Shown: piece by piece, positions 50,595 to 61,221 of the stretch
Numbering within the stretch: position 1 is the first letter of the stretch
How the letters are laid out: every line of letters starts with the position of its first letter
Assembly (NCBI GenBank): GCA_046598945.1
Contig: JBKJHT010000121.1
Coordinates: forward strand, 6,862 to 70,861
Direction of reading: 5' to 3'
Length of the DNA stretch: 64,000 bases
Source of the DNA: Burkholderiales bacterium
GTDB taxonomy: Bacteria > Pseudomonadota > Gammaproteobacteria > Burkholderiales > JALYOK01
Notes under the pieces: model-generated
Databases searched by the model: none
What the model was told of the DNA's origin: nothing
Seen by the model: the letters and a program-made list of their open reading frames with translations, nothing else
Made by a program: the position numbers and the translations under genes

Positions 50595-53500
50595 ACCTGT
50601 CGATATGTTGGCCGCGCTCGATCCGGAAAAAAGCGTCGTCGTCGAGGCGTGCGCCGGCAGCGGAAAAACTTGGTTGCTGGTGTCGCGCATCATTCGCTTG
50701 TTGCTGGCGGGCGTAGCGCCGGGAGAAATTCTCGCGATCACCTTTACCCGCAAAGGCGCGCGCGAAATGCAGGAGCGACTGCATGGGTGGCTTGAGGAAT
50801 TGGCGACTCGACCGGACCAGTGGGTCGAGCATTTTCTGCGCGAGCGCGGCATCGGCGCAACCGAAATATCACCGCTGACGGCCACCGCACGAAGTCTGTT
50901 CGAGCGCGTGTTGACGGCCCAGCCCGGCATTAGGATCAATACCTTTCACGGTTGGTTCGCCGAGCTGGTGCAGCGTGCACCGTTGCAAGCCGGCATGGCC
51001 AAAGGTTACGGGCTGACCGAGGCGGTACATGGCTTGGAGCAGGAAGCGTGGCAGCGTTTTGGCACGGCGTTGGCGACACCCGCCGCAAGTCTGCCACAGG
51101 CGGCGCTGGATGATTTGTTTCGCGCGATTGGTTTGCGCAATACGCGAACCCTGCTCGGCCGCTTCCTGGATAAACGCCCGGAATGGTGGAACTACGCGGC
51201 CGGGCAGGGCGATCCTGCCGGTTTTGCCGTTGCTGAGTTTACCCGCCAGGTCGGTGTTGATTTGCAAACCGACTACCTTGAGGCATTGCTAAACGACGCG
51301 GTTTTTCTCGACGACTTGCGATGCCTATTTCGCGCCCTGAGCGATGCCGGCACGAAGCAAAAAGAAGTTGCGCTGGGCATCGACTTAGCACTGGCCATGA
51401 ACGATCGCCGCGAACAATTTCTCGCGCTGGTCGCGGCGCTGTTTACCAAATCCCAGACCGTACGTAAAGCATTGCAAAGCTATTGCGAACAGGCTGAGGT
51501 GCGCGTGCGTCAAGCGGCGGACAACATTATCGACAGACTAACGGCAACGCAGCATGCACTGACCGAGCAGCGTGCTTTGCGCCTAAATCGCGCCGCGTTC
51601 ATCGCCGCTCAATCCTTGCTTGAGCACTATCAGCAATTGAAAGCGGAACGCAGCGTAATGGATTTTACCGACGTGGAATACGCCGCCTACACCTTGCTGC
51701 GGCATTCCGATTTTGCCGAATACATGCAGTACAAACTCGACAGCCGCTATCGACATATTTTGCTCGACGAATTTCAGGATACTAATCCATTGCAATGGAT
51801 GACCTTGCAAGCATGGCTGCAAGCCTCGTCTGATGCGGATCTCCGGCCAACGGTGTTTTTGGTCGGCGATCCCAAACAGTCGATTTTTCATTTTCGCCGC
51901 GCCGACGCGCGGCTTTTTTCCCACGCGACGGAATTTTTGCGCAGCGAATATCAAGCGCTCGTGCTGCAACAGAACTTATCGCGGCGCAGCGGCGTCGCGG
52001 TATTGGGCGCGGTGAATGCGCTATTCACCACGGTGAAACATTTGAGCGGCTTCGTCCCCCATGTTGCCTACGATCAAACGTTAGCGGGTGCGGTATGTCT
52101 GTTGCCGTTGCCGCCGCAAGCCACTGAACAAAATGGCGCGAAGCATAGCCCCGACGCGCTGCGCAATTTGTTGACCACGCCGCAGCCGAGTAGCGACGAT
52201 CAACGCCGTGCCGACGAGGCCGCCGAGCTTGCGCGTGGTGTCCAACGCATCGTTTCATCGTGGCAAGTTCAAGACGCGGGAACGCTGCGCCGCGCTTCCT
52301 ATCGCGATGTGATGATTTTGACCCGAGGCCGCACCCAGTTGCAGCGCTACGAAGCGGCGTTACGCGCAGCGGGTATCCCTCACATCAGTGCCCGTCACGG
52401 CGGCCTGCTCGATAGCCTGGAAGCGCAGGATTTAATCGCGTTGTTGCAATTTCTGTTGCGCCCCAGCGACAGCTTGAGCCTGGTTCACGCACTGCGTGCG
52501 CCGTTGTTCGGTTGTTCCGACGAGGATTTGGTTGCGCTGGCGCAGATGTCCGGTGGCGATTGGTGGCAACGCCTTGATGCCCTGGGCGACGATTTATCAC
52601 CGACACTGCGGCGCGCGCGCGACGCTCTGCTGCGTTGGTTGCCGCTTGCAGCTAATCTACCGGTACACGATTTACTCGATCGCATCTACTTCGAATCCGA
52701 TCTTGAACAACGTTACGCGATGGCCGTGCCGAGTGCCATGGCGCAATCGGTTCAGGCCAACCTCATGGCCTTCATCGAGCTCAGCCTCACCATCGACAGC
52801 GGTCGTTATCCAAGCTTGGGTCGCTTCCTCGCGGATTTAACGGCCTTGGGTGATGCACCGAACAACGAGGCGCCGGACGAAGGCAGCGTGGGCGATATCG
52901 GCAACGTGGTGCGCATCATGACGGTTCACGGCGCAAAAGGCCTAGAGTCGCCAATCGTCTGGATGATCGATGCGACGTTTACACCGAAATCACGCGATGC
53001 CTACGATGTTCTGGTGACCTGGCCAACCGGCGCCCAACGGCCAGATCATTTCAGTTTTCTCACAACCAAAAATGAGCGCGGCCCGGCACGCGAACGTTAT
53101 CTTGCGGATGAGGCGGCGATTCAAGTGCAAGAGGATGCGAATCTGCTTTATGTCGCCATGACGCGGGCGAAGCAATACCTAATTGTCAGCGGAAACCAAG
53201 TCGGTTCCGGCGGCGGGAACTGGTACGAGGCATTGGCGAGCGTTGCGCCGCCAACTGAATTGCCGCTAATGGCCACGCCCATATTAGATAAAGTTAACCC
53301 GACCGCAGAGACCTATCCGCGCGATCTCCCCGATTGGTATAGCACGCCCAGGGCGCACGGCGAGCGAAAATTAGCCGCGCCCGACAACCATCGCGACTAC
53401 GGTATTCAACTGCACGCCTTGCTCGAAGCGGCGCGCGATGGTGTCGTGCCGCAGATGGCGGCGACGCATGTGTTGCGGAACGCTGACGCAGCGACACGCG

Positions 53501-53835
53501 ACGCATTATTGAAGCAGGTAAACGCCATCCTGCGCGCACCTCATCTGGGAATATTTTTCGACGCGCGTCACTTTCGCGCGGCGCGCGACGAGGTAAGTTT
53601 GATCGATTGCGACGGTGATTTGTTACGCATCGATCGTATCGTCGAGTTCGACGACAGCGTTTGGGTATTGGATTACAAAAGCGCGGCGAGCAAGGTGGTT
53701 CGGGCGTCCGCTTTCATGGCCGACTATCGCCAGCAGTTGCAGCGTTATCGACGTGCGTTAAAGAGCATTTATCCGGATAAGATGTTGCGCTGTGGTTTGA
53801 TTTTCGGCGACGCGGTGTTGGAGGAAATCGAGTAG
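50584..53835 (+). CDS. addA: AddA-like UvrD helicase-nuclease subunit
   Basis: ACAGSGKT, ITFT, DEFQDT, VGDPKQSI, TVHGAKGLE, LLYVAMTRA, RIDR..LDYK; start moved to ATG 50584. Confidence 0.9.
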   Translation: MAAEPVDMLAALDPEKSVVVEACAGSGKTWLLVSRIIRLLLAGVAPGEILAITFTRKGAREMQERLHGWLEELATRPDQWVEHFLRERGIGATEISPLTATARSLFERVLTAQPGIRINTFHGWFAELVQRAPLQAGMAKGYGLTEAVHGLEQEAWQRFGTALATPAASLPQAALDDLFRAIGLRNTRTLLGRFLDKRPEWWNYAAGQGDPAGFAVAEFTRQVGVDLQTDYLEALLNDAVFLDDLRCLFRALSDAGTKQKEVALGIDLALAMNDRREQFLALVAALFTKSQTVRKALQSYCEQAEVRVRQAADNIIDRLTATQHALTEQRALRLNRAAFIAAQSLLEHYQQLKAERSVMDFTDVEYAAYTLLRHSDFAEYMQYKLDSRYRHILLDEFQDTNPLQWMTLQAWLQASSDADLRPTVFLVGDPKQSIFHFRRADARLFSHATEFLRSEYQALVLQQNLSRRSGVAVLGAVNALFTTVKHLSGFVPHVAYDQTLAGAVCLLPLPPQATEQNGAKHSPDALRNLLTTPQPSSDDQRRADEAAELARGVQRIVSSWQVQDAGTLRRASYRDVMILTRGRTQLQRYEAALRAAGIPHISARHGGLLDSLEAQDLIALLQFLLRPSDSLSLVHALRAPLFGCSDEDLVALAQMSGGDWWQRLDALGDDLSPTLRRARDALLRWLPLAANLPVHDLLDRIYFESDLEQRYAMAVPSAMAQSVQANLMAFIELSLTIDSGRYPSLGRFLADLTALGDAPNNEAPDEGSVGDIGNVVRIMTVHGAKGLESPIVWMIDATFTPKSRDAYDVLVTWPTGAQRPDHFSFLTTKNERGPARERYLADEAAIQVQEDANLLYVAMTRAKQYLIVSGNQVGSGGGNWYEALASVAPPTELPLMATPILDKVNPTAETYPRDLPDWYSTPRAHGERKLAAPDNHRDYGIQLHALLEAARDGVVPQMAATHVLRNADAATRDALLKQVNAILRAPHLGIFFDARHFRAARDEVSLIDCDGDLLRIDRIVEFDDSVWVLDYKSAASKVVRASAFMADYRQQLQRYRRALKSIYPDKMLRCGLIFGDAVLEEIE

Positions 53836-53905
53836 CTCGCGACAGCGCGGTCACTACATGTCAATGTGAGCGCAATGAACTTCAATAACTGACGCGCCTA
53901 AAACC

Positions 53906-54220
53906 TTACTTCCCCATCAACGCCGGTATGGATTTAAGGATGCGATTTTCCATGCGCACGAAGTACGGGCCGGCTTTCGCGAGATAGGCTTGCCATGCCG
54001 GATCGGCTTGCATCTGCGCGCGCTTTTGTTCACGCTCCGCCATGCTCTCGTAGGCCCACATGTGAACGATATGATTGACCGGGCCGACTTCGCCGATAAA
54101 ATAGCCAAAGGGTTTGCCGAGGTGTTTCGTTTGTACGGCGAAACCTTCTTTCTCGTACAGGGCGAGCAGTTCATTCATTTTGCCCCCGGCAATTTGGTAG
54201 GTGCGTTCGTCTATGATCAT
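53906..54220 (-). CDS. NIPSNAP-family protein
   Basis: DERTY, G.VN.IVHMWAYES...RE..R....DP.W. Confidence 0.9.
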   Translation of the reverse strand: MIIDERTYQIAGGKMNELLALYEKEGFAVQTKHLGKPFGYFIGEVGPVNHIVHMWAYESMAEREQKRAQMQADPAWQAYLAKAGPYFVRMENRILKSIPALMGK

Positions 54221-54241
54221 GGGTTTCTCCTTCAGAAAAAA

Positions 54242-54844
54242 TTAACAGTTGCCTTCACGTTCTAATTTCTTAACCGCTTGCGCCTGCTCGATGTCTTGCA
54301 GTTTCTCCGCTTCGTCCAGCAACACGCGATCGGCGAATTTCACTTCCAATTGGTTGCCGGATTTATCGCGGTATTCCGTCAACACGATCGAAGTGGCGGC
54401 GTCCGACCAGGTTAGCGTTTCACCGCCGGAATAGATGCATTTCTTGGGAAAGGTTTCGCGCTTGTATTTATTGCCCAAGAGGCGCTCGAACTCAGCCTTA
54501 ACGGTGGAGTAGTGATACTGCTCAAGCGTGAGCAGAATAAACTCCAGCTTATCCTTGTAAAAAAATACCGTCGGCAGCGCGTCAGCTTCTTTGCGGAATC
54601 GCGCCAGCGTGGCGAAGCTGTCCAGAATGGGCTGAACCAATTCCGGCTTGACATCGCCGCCGTTTTGTTGCGGCAGGCAATCGGCGCAGCGACCCGCGGG
54701 ATCGACGCCGGTGATGCGCGCGAACTCCGCGGCAGGCATGCCCAAAATAATCGGGCCGAATTTTCGCGGCAGCGTGTCGGCGGCAAATACCGCGGCACAC
54801 AGCACGCCGAACGCGATGGTCGTGATGATTTTCTTAAGCAACAC
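54242..54844 (-). CDS. Hypothetical exported protein
   Basis: Signal peptide; tightly packed between the AKR and NIPSNAP genes; no family recognised. Confidence 0.7.
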   Translation of the reverse strand: MLLKKIITTIAFGVLCAAVFAADTLPRKFGPIILGMPAAEFARITGVDPAGRCADCLPQQNGGDVKPELVQPILDSFATLARFRKEADALPTVFFYKDKLEFILLTLEQYHYSTVKAEFERLLGNKYKRETFPKKCIYSGGETLTWSDAATSIVLTEYRDKSGNQLEVKFADRVLLDEAEKLQDIEQAQAVKKLEREGNC

Positions 54845-55844
54845 GCGCGTTTCTACCGGTGAGTGGATACTGTGGATCGTTGTAACCCGGCGTTGACGGA
54901 TGGCCGGGCTGCACCAAGCGATTGACCAGCGCTTCGTCTTCGGCCGTGAAGGTGTGTTTGAAGACGTTCAAGTATTCGCTCCATTGCTCCATTGTGCGCG
55001 GGCCGGCGATGACGGAGTTGATGCTCTTGTTGTTCATCACCCAATTCACCGCGAACTGCGACGCGGTCATGCCACGTTTTTCCGCGTGGGCTTTAATCTC
55101 CTGCGCCAGCAACATCGATTCTTCGCGGAACTCCGTTTGCATCATTCGCTTATCGCCGCGTCCCGCTCGGGTTTCCGCCTCAGGCGCCGAGCCGGGCTGA
55201 TATTTTCCGGTGAGTACGCCGCGCGCCACCGGGCTATACGGCACGACGCCGAGGCCAAAATGTTGGCATGCCGGCAGAATCTCCACTTCCGGCATGCGGT
55301 TCATCGCGTTGTAATAAGGTTGGCACACCACCGGAGGCAGAACGCCGAGATCCTTGCAAGTTTGCATCACCAACGCAATGCGCCAGCCGCGATAGTTGCT
55401 GATGCCCCAATAGCGGATTTTCCCCGCGCGCATCAGATCGCCGAAAGCCGCGATGGTTTCGTGCAAGGGCGTATCGGCGAAGTCCAGATGGGCATAATAA
55501 ATATCGATATAGTCCGTGGAGAGCCGCGCCAGGCTTGCCTCGCAGGCCTTCAGTAGCCAGCGTCGGCTTAGGCCTTTGTCGTTAATGTCGGTAGACATTT
55601 GATTGCCGACCTTGGTCGCTAGTATCCAACGGCTGCGTTTTTCCGCGATCAGTTTTCCGGTCACGCGCTCCGATTCCCCGTTGACGTAAGCGTCGGCCGT
55701 GTCGATAAAATTGATGCCCGCGTCATGACCGGAATCGACAATGCGCCCCGCTTCGTCGACGCTGGTGCGGTCGCCGAACAACATGGTTCCAATACAAATG
55801 GGTGAAACTTTAAGGCCGCTAGTGCCGAGCTGACGATAGTCCAT
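54834..55844 (-). CDS. Aldo/keto reductase
   Basis: GINFIDTADAY, ILATK, DYIDIYYAH, GKIRYWGISN, PYSPVARGVLTGKY. Confidence 0.95.
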   Translation of the reverse strand: MDYRQLGTSGLKVSPICIGTMLFGDRTSVDEAGRIVDSGHDAGINFIDTADAYVNGESERVTGKLIAEKRSRWILATKVGNQMSTDINDKGLSRRWLLKACEASLARLSTDYIDIYYAHLDFADTPLHETIAAFGDLMRAGKIRYWGISNYRGWRIALVMQTCKDLGVLPPVVCQPYYNAMNRMPEVEILPACQHFGLGVVPYSPVARGVLTGKYQPGSAPEAETRAGRGDKRMMQTEFREESMLLAQEIKAHAEKRGMTASQFAVNWVMNNKSINSVIAGPRTMEQWSEYLNVFKHTFTAEDEALVNRLVQPGHPSTPGYNDPQYPLTGRNARVA

Positions 55845-55911
55845 TTGATCTCCTTGTTCGCTATTTTACTCGATCGTGCGAAAATTACTTCATCGCGAGT
55901 TGACACTTGGT

Positions 55912-56003
55912 GGTGGATCAAGCGTAGCGGATCCACCATGTTCAATGTATCCGCCGCTCATTTTTACTGGCTTGGTGGATCCGCCGCGCTTAATCCACCC
56001 TAC
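55912..56003. repeat. Inverted pair of GTAG-family REP-like hairpins
   Basis: GGTGGATCAAGCGTAGCGGATCCACC and GGTGGATCCGCCGCGCTTAATCCACCCTAC. Confidence 0.85.
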
Positions 56004-56095
56004 ATCTGCGGTTGTGTACACTGCTCGTGGATCGGATACCGTCTCGAGGGAGCGAAAAATAGCAATTCGTAACGAATGACAAAACATAACCAACA

Positions 56096-57202
56096 ATGGA
56101 AAAAGTAGATTGCGTAGTAATTGGCGCGGGCGTCATTGGGCTCGCCGTCGCGCGCCGCCTCGCGCTTGCCGGACGCGAAGTGATCGTGCTGGAAAAAGCA
56201 GAAGGCATTGGCACGGAAACCAGTTCGCGCAACTCCGAAGTGATCCATGCCGGACTTTACTATCCGACCGGATCGCTCAAGGCCAAGCTCTGCGTCGCCG
56301 GCAATCGCGCGTTATACCGCTATTGCGAAGAGCGCCACGTGCCGCACAAACGGTTGAGCAAAATCATCGTCGCCACCAGTCAAGACGAAATTGCTAACCT
56401 GGAAAAATATATCCAGCAAGCGAAACTCAACGGCGTCGATGATCTTGCCTGGCTAACGCCCGCACAAGTTTGCCAGATGGAGCCGAATGTTCATTGTGTG
56501 AGCGCACTGCATTCGCCGTCGACTGGCTTGGTCGATAGTCATTCGTTGATGTTGGCGTATCAAGGGGATTTGGAAAGCACCGGTGGAACGGTGGTGTTTC
56601 ACAGCCCCATCGAGTCGGGCGAAGTGACGAATGACGGCGTGATCCTGAATGTCGGTGGCAAAGAACCCATGACGATTGTGTGCGGTCTCGTGGTGAATTG
56701 CGCCGGCTTATATGCGCAGGACATCGCGCGAAAAATTCAAGGTATTCCCGCGCAAACCATACCAACGCTTTACTACGCCATCGGCCACTATTTCACCGTC
56801 ACCGGCAAGCCGGCATTCACGCGTTTGATTTATCCGGTGGCCGTAGCCGGTAGCCTAGGACTGCACGTCGCACTCGATCTTGCGGGCCAAGTTCGCTTCG
56901 GTCCGGACATCGAATACATTGACCGCATCGACTACGGTTTTCGCACCAGTCTATCGACAAAATTTTACGACTCGATCCGCCGTTATTATCCGGATCTCAA
57001 GGATGGCTCCTTGCAGCCGGGCTACACCGGCATCCGGCCCAAGCTCCACGGCCCCGGTACGCCCGCCGCCGACTTCGTTATTCAGGGCCGGCGCGAACAC
57101 GGCATCGACGGTCTAATTAATCTCTACGGCATTGAATCGCCGGGCCTGACCTCATCGCTTGCGATTGCCGACTACGTTCATCAACAATTGGAAAATCAAT
57201 AA
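56096..57202 (+). CDS. FAD-dependent oxidoreductase, L-2-hydroxyglutarate oxidase-like
   Basis: IGAGVIG, TSSRNSEVIHAG.YY, GIRPK, GIESPGLT. Confidence 0.88.
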   Translation: MEKVDCVVIGAGVIGLAVARRLALAGREVIVLEKAEGIGTETSSRNSEVIHAGLYYPTGSLKAKLCVAGNRALYRYCEERHVPHKRLSKIIVATSQDEIANLEKYIQQAKLNGVDDLAWLTPAQVCQMEPNVHCVSALHSPSTGLVDSHSLMLAYQGDLESTGGTVVFHSPIESGEVTNDGVILNVGGKEPMTIVCGLVVNCAGLYAQDIARKIQGIPAQTIPTLYYAIGHYFTVTGKPAFTRLIYPVAVAGSLGLHVALDLAGQVRFGPDIEYIDRIDYGFRTSLSTKFYDSIRRYYPDLKDGSLQPGYTGIRPKLHGPGTPAADFVIQGRREHGIDGLINLYGIESPGLTSSLAIADYVHQQLENQ

Positions 57203-57861
57203 TGGATTTCGAACAAGCTATCAAAGCCCGCTACAGTTGCCGCAAATTTCAAGATCGCGAAGTGCCGCGCGCGACCATCGAAAAAATTTTGGAAGTGTCG
57301 CAACACACCGCGTCTTGGAACAACGTGCAGCCATGGCGCGTGGTGATCGCGAGTGGCGAAGCGGCAAAAATATTTAGCGCAGCGTTGTTGGCCCACGTGG
57401 AGGCGGGCGGCAAACCCAATCCGGATTTCGCCTTCCCCACCGACTATCAAGGCATCGAACGCGAACGCCGCAAAACCTGCGGCCTACAACTCTACCAAGC
57501 GGTAAAAATTACCCGCGATGACGAAGCCGGCAAACGCTACCAGATGCTGGAAAACTTTCGCCTTTTCGGCGCGCCCCATGTCGCCCTTATCACCACACCG
57601 GCATACCTAGGTTTCTACGCCGCGCTCGATTGCGGCCTCTACGTCAACAGCTTCATGGTCGCCGCGAAAAGTTTAGGCATCGACACCATCGCCCAAGCAG
57701 CGATCGCGCATTACAGCGATTTCGTGCGGGCGTATTTTGGAATCGGCGACGATCGCAAACTCGTTTGCGGCGTTTCGTTTGGCTACGAAGACAGGACGCA
57801 TCCGATCAATCAATATCGCACCGAGCGGGCGACAATTGACGATGTTGTGACGTGGCGATAG
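57202..57861 (+). CDS. Nitroreductase-family protein
   Basis: RYSCRKF, ASWNNVQPW, FGAP, LDCG, GVSFGY. Confidence 0.92.
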   Translation: MDFEQAIKARYSCRKFQDREVPRATIEKILEVSQHTASWNNVQPWRVVIASGEAAKIFSAALLAHVEAGGKPNPDFAFPTDYQGIERERRKTCGLQLYQAVKITRDDEAGKRYQMLENFRLFGAPHVALITTPAYLGFYAALDCGLYVNSFMVAAKSLGIDTIAQAAIAHYSDFVRAYFGIGDDRKLVCGVSFGYEDRTHPINQYRTERATIDDVVTWR

Positions 57862-57914
57862 TTTAAATAGGGCGGTCTCAAGTTCTAAGTGCAGTAAACG
57901 TTTTCAATAATTCA

Positions 57915-57964
57915 GTAGGTAGGGTGTATTCATGCACCGTTCAAAACCTTTGGTGCATACCTAC
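57915..57964. repeat. Degenerate GTAG-type REP pair
   Basis: GTAGGGTGTATTCATGCACC ... GGTGCATACCTAC. Confidence 0.6.
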
Positions 57965-58078
57965 GACATCGCCAGAAGGCGCATGAATGTTGGCTCGCAG
58001 GGCATGTGTTGCTGGAAGCCCGTGTGGAAGCGGCGCGTGGCAAAGGTATTTTCCGATGTTCCAATAACATTTCAAATT

Positions 58079-58104
58079 GTCATTCCCGCGCAGGCGGGAA
58101 TCCA
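58079..58104. repeat. Single dRS3-like unit
   Basis: GTCATTCCCGCGCAGGCGGGAATCCA. Confidence 0.85.
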
Positions 58105-58521
58105 GCGCGATTGATTGCAGCGGATAGAAAAATGTAGGTTGGGTTAGCGTGGCATAAGTGCAAGTGCTGCCCGAGGCCAGCCCCTGGCAGCATTTGCCTT
58201 TTTGCCATTCCGTCCTACGCCGCTAATTCTGCCGTCGTTTTGGTGAGGAATAGTTCCTGAAGAGTTCATCCAGGAGTGGATCTAGCTACTCCTTGGATGA
58301 GTTCCATTTCGCGGGATTCATTCCGCCTCCACCGAAAATTCCCGTCGGTAAATTGTAATTGCTTCTAACGATATCGTTCTCGACATCTTCATTGAGTTTA
58401 CTTCCCTATTCTTGAGCCCAGTAAGGCCGAATTGCCTGATGCCCGAAGCCGTGTGAATAATGCTCGGAGGATATGCTTTGCCAAGAGGCAGGCTGGATGC
58501 GTCTCGTGGCGTGGTCGTAGG

Positions 58522-59658
58522 TTAAATCAAATGTCGTTTGATCTCGAGCGCCGCCCCTAACGCGCCTTCAATGTCATTTGCAAGTAACGTGTAGTGCCCC
58601 ATCTTCCGCCCACCGCGCGCTTCCCGTTTGCCGTAGAGATGCAATTTCACGTTCGGATCTAGAAGAATTTTATCGGCGGCGAGGACATTATTTTTCCAAA
58701 CGTCGCCGAGTAAATTCACCATTACCGCCGGCGTGTGTTGTGTCGTTGGACCCAACGGCAAGCCGCACAGCGCACGCACTTGTTGCTCGAACTGGCTGGT
58801 GCGGCAGGCGTCGATGGTGTAGTGGCCGCTATTGTGGGGGCGCGGCGCGATTTCGTTGATGAGCAGTTGCTCTTTTCCGTCTTCGCTCTCGACTACGAAA
58901 AATTCTACCGCGAGTATGCCGCAATAATCGAGTTTGGTGGCGAGGCGCTCGGCGATGTCTTGTGCTTGTGCAGCGAGTTGCGCGGAAATTCTTGCGGGGG
59001 CGATGCTGATATCGAGAATGCCGTTTTCATGGTGATTTTCCGCGGCGGGGAAGGTGGCGATTGCGCCGTCCTCGCCGCGTGCAAGCACGAGCGACACCTC
59101 AAGCTTGAGTGGCAGCAATTGTTCCAACACGCAGGGCACGGCGCGCCACGACAAAAAAGTTTCTCGCAAGGCTTCCAAGCTTGAGACGCGCGCTTGACCT
59201 TTACCGTCGTAACCGAAGCGTGCGGTTTTTAGGATCGCCGGAAATTGGAGCGCGCGTCCCGCTGTTTCGATGTCGGCTTGGCTTTGGATAATCGCAAACG
59301 GCCCCACGGGAAAACCATTTTCCGCGAAGAAAATTTTCTCGCGCATGCGATCTTGTGCAATTGCGACGGCGTTCGCGCCCGGACGAACGGGAACCCGTTG
59401 TTCCAGCCACGCGAGGCTATCGGCCGGTGGATTTTCGAATTCCGTTGTGACGGCCGCGCAACGCTTGGCCAATTGTTCAAGCGCGGATTGATCGTGAAAA
59501 TCAGCACACAAATGTTCCGTCGCGAAATGCGCGGCGGGGCCGAGCGGATCGGGATCGAGCACGATGACCTCGTACCCCATGGTGCGCGCGGCGGCGGTGA
59601 ACATGCGCCCGAGTTGCCCACCGCCGAGCAAGCCAAGCGTGTTGCCGGGCAGAATCAC
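58522..59658 (-). CDS. purK: N5-CAIR synthetase
   Basis: [38 protein letters not shown]. Confidence 0.97.
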   Translation of the reverse strand: MILPGNTLGLLGGGQLGRMFTAAARTMGYEVIVLDPDPLGPAAHFATEHLCADFHDQSALEQLAKRCAAVTTEFENPPADSLAWLEQRVPVRPGANAVAIAQDRMREKIFFAENGFPVGPFAIIQSQADIETAGRALQFPAILKTARFGYDGKGQARVSSLEALRETFLSWRAVPCVLEQLLPLKLEVSLVLARGEDGAIATFPAAENHHENGILDISIAPARISAQLAAQAQDIAERLATKLDYCGILAVEFFVVESEDGKEQLLINEIAPRPHNSGHYTIDACRTSQFEQQVRALCGLPLGPTTQHTPAVMVNLLGDVWKNNVLAADKILLDPNVKLHLYGKREARGGRKMGHYTLLANDIEGALGAALEIKRHLI

Positions 59659-60158
59659 TTTTTATTCGGTTCGGGCGGAAGGGTCATGGCGTGCACGGCG
59701 TCGACTTGTTTTGCTCGGAAGGCCATCAATTTTATCTCGAGTTCGGGATCGTGTAGCGCCAACAACGCGATCGCGAATAGGCCCGCATTCGCGGCACCCG
59801 CTTCGCCGATGGCGAACGTCGCAACCGGCACACCCTTGGGCATTTGCACGATGGAGTAAAGCGAATCTTCGCCGCGCAGATATTTCGACGGCACTGGCAC
59901 GCCGAGCACGGGTAGTGTGGTTTTCGAAGCGAGCATGCCCGGGAGGTGCGCCGCGCCTCCCGCGCCGGCAATGATGGCCTGGAGGCCGCGCCCGATGGCG
60001 CTTTCGGCATAGGCGAACATGTCATCCGGCGTGCGATGGGCGGAAACAACTTTGGTTTCAAATGCGACGCCGAAGGCTTCTAGTTGTTGCACGGCGTGCT
60101 GCATGGTTTCCCAATCGCTGCTGCTGCCCATTACGACGCCGATGAGGGGTTTTGTCAT
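59655..60158 (-). CDS. purE: N5-CAIR mutase
   Basis: [34 protein letters not shown]. Confidence 0.98.
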   Translation of the reverse strand: MTKPLIGVVMGSSSDWETMQHAVQQLEAFGVAFETKVVSAHRTPDDMFAYAESAIGRGLQAIIAGAGGAAHLPGMLASKTTLPVLGVPVPSKYLRGEDSLYSIVQMPKGVPVATFAIGEAGAANAGLFAIALLALHDPELEIKLMAFRAKQVDAVHAMTLPPEPNKK

Positions 60159-60180
60159 TGCTCAGTTTTTCCTGTTCAAA

Positions 60181-61221
60181 TCAAACCAGGTCTTTCGCAT
60201 CGGAGACATGGGTACGATACGCATCAAAAATATGCCGCAACGCATCGGCCATATTCACTTGCGGCGACCAGTTCAATTCGCTCTCAGTGTTACCGATGTG
60301 CGGCACACGGTTTTGTACGTCTTGATAGCCTTTGCCGTAGTAGTCAGAGGCGGTTGTTTCGACGATTTTTACTTTTGCCGCGCCATCCCTGTATTCGGGA
60401 TATTCTTGCGCCAGTTTGAGCATCATTTCCGCGAGTTCTTTCACTGAAAAATTATTCGCCGGATTGCCGATGTTATAAATCTTTCCACTGGCGATGCTGT
60501 TTGGGTTGTCGATGATTTTCATCAAGGCATCCACGCCGTCGTCGATGTAAGTAAAAGCGCGTTTTTGCGTGCCACCGTCCACCAATTGGATGGGCTCGCC
60601 GCGCACGATGTGCCCGAAAAATTGCGTGATCACGCGTGAGCTGCCTTCTTTCGCCGTATGAATCGAATCCAGGCCGGCGCCGATCCAATTGAATGGGCGG
60701 AACAGGGTGAAATCCAAATTGTGTTGCGCGCCGTAGGCCCAGATGACGCGATCCATCAATTGTTTTGAGCAGGCGTAAATCCAACGTTGTTTGTCGATCG
60801 GACCGTACACCAGCGACGACGCATAGGGATCAAATTCAGCGTCGGTGCTCATGCCATACACTTCCGACGTCGAAGGAAACAAAATGCGTTTGCCGTATTT
60901 GACGCAGGCGCGGACGATTGGAAGATTTGCTTCAAAATCCAGTTCGAAAACCCGCAACGGTTCCTTCACATAGGTTGCCGGGGTGGCGATCGCGACTAAC
61001 GGCAGCACGACATCGCTTTTCTTAATGTTGTACTCGATCCATTCCTTATTGATGGTAATGTCGCCTTCCGTGAAGTGAAAGCGCGGGTGATCCAGCATGT
61101 CGGAAACGCGCTCGCTTTGCATGTCCAGCCCGTGAACTTGCCAATCGGTGTCCGCCAAAATGCGTTTGGATAAATGATGGCCAATAAAGCCGTTAACACC
61201 GAGGATGAGGATTCTTTTCAC
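60181..61221 (-). CDS. arnA: UDP-glucuronate oxidative decarboxylase (ArnA C-terminal domain, stand-alone)
   Basis: LGVNGFIG, LVAIATP, ELDFEAN, STSEVY, RWIY..SKQL, RPFNW. Confidence 0.93.
   Translation of the reverse strand: MKRILILGVNGFIGHHLSKRILADTDWQVHGLDMQSERVSDMLDHPRFHFTEGDITINKEWIEYNIKKSDVVLPLVAIATPATYVKEPLRVFELDFEANLPIVRACVKYGKRILFPSTSEVYGMSTDAEFDPYASSLVYGPIDKQRWIYACSKQLMDRVIWAYGAQHNLDFTLFRPFNWIGAGLDSIHTAKEGSSRVITQFFGHIVRGEPIQLVDGGTQKRAFTYIDDGVDALMKIIDNPNSIASGKIYNIGNPANNFSVKELAEMMLKLAQEYPEYRDGAAKVKIVETTASDYYGKGYQDVQNRVPHIGNTESELNWSPQVNMADALRHIFDAYRTHVSDAKDLV

Noticed and set aside
58220..58395. Interrupted minus-strand frame with faint transposase-like wording (LDPLLDELFRNY)
   Set aside because: Too short and broken by stops to assign.
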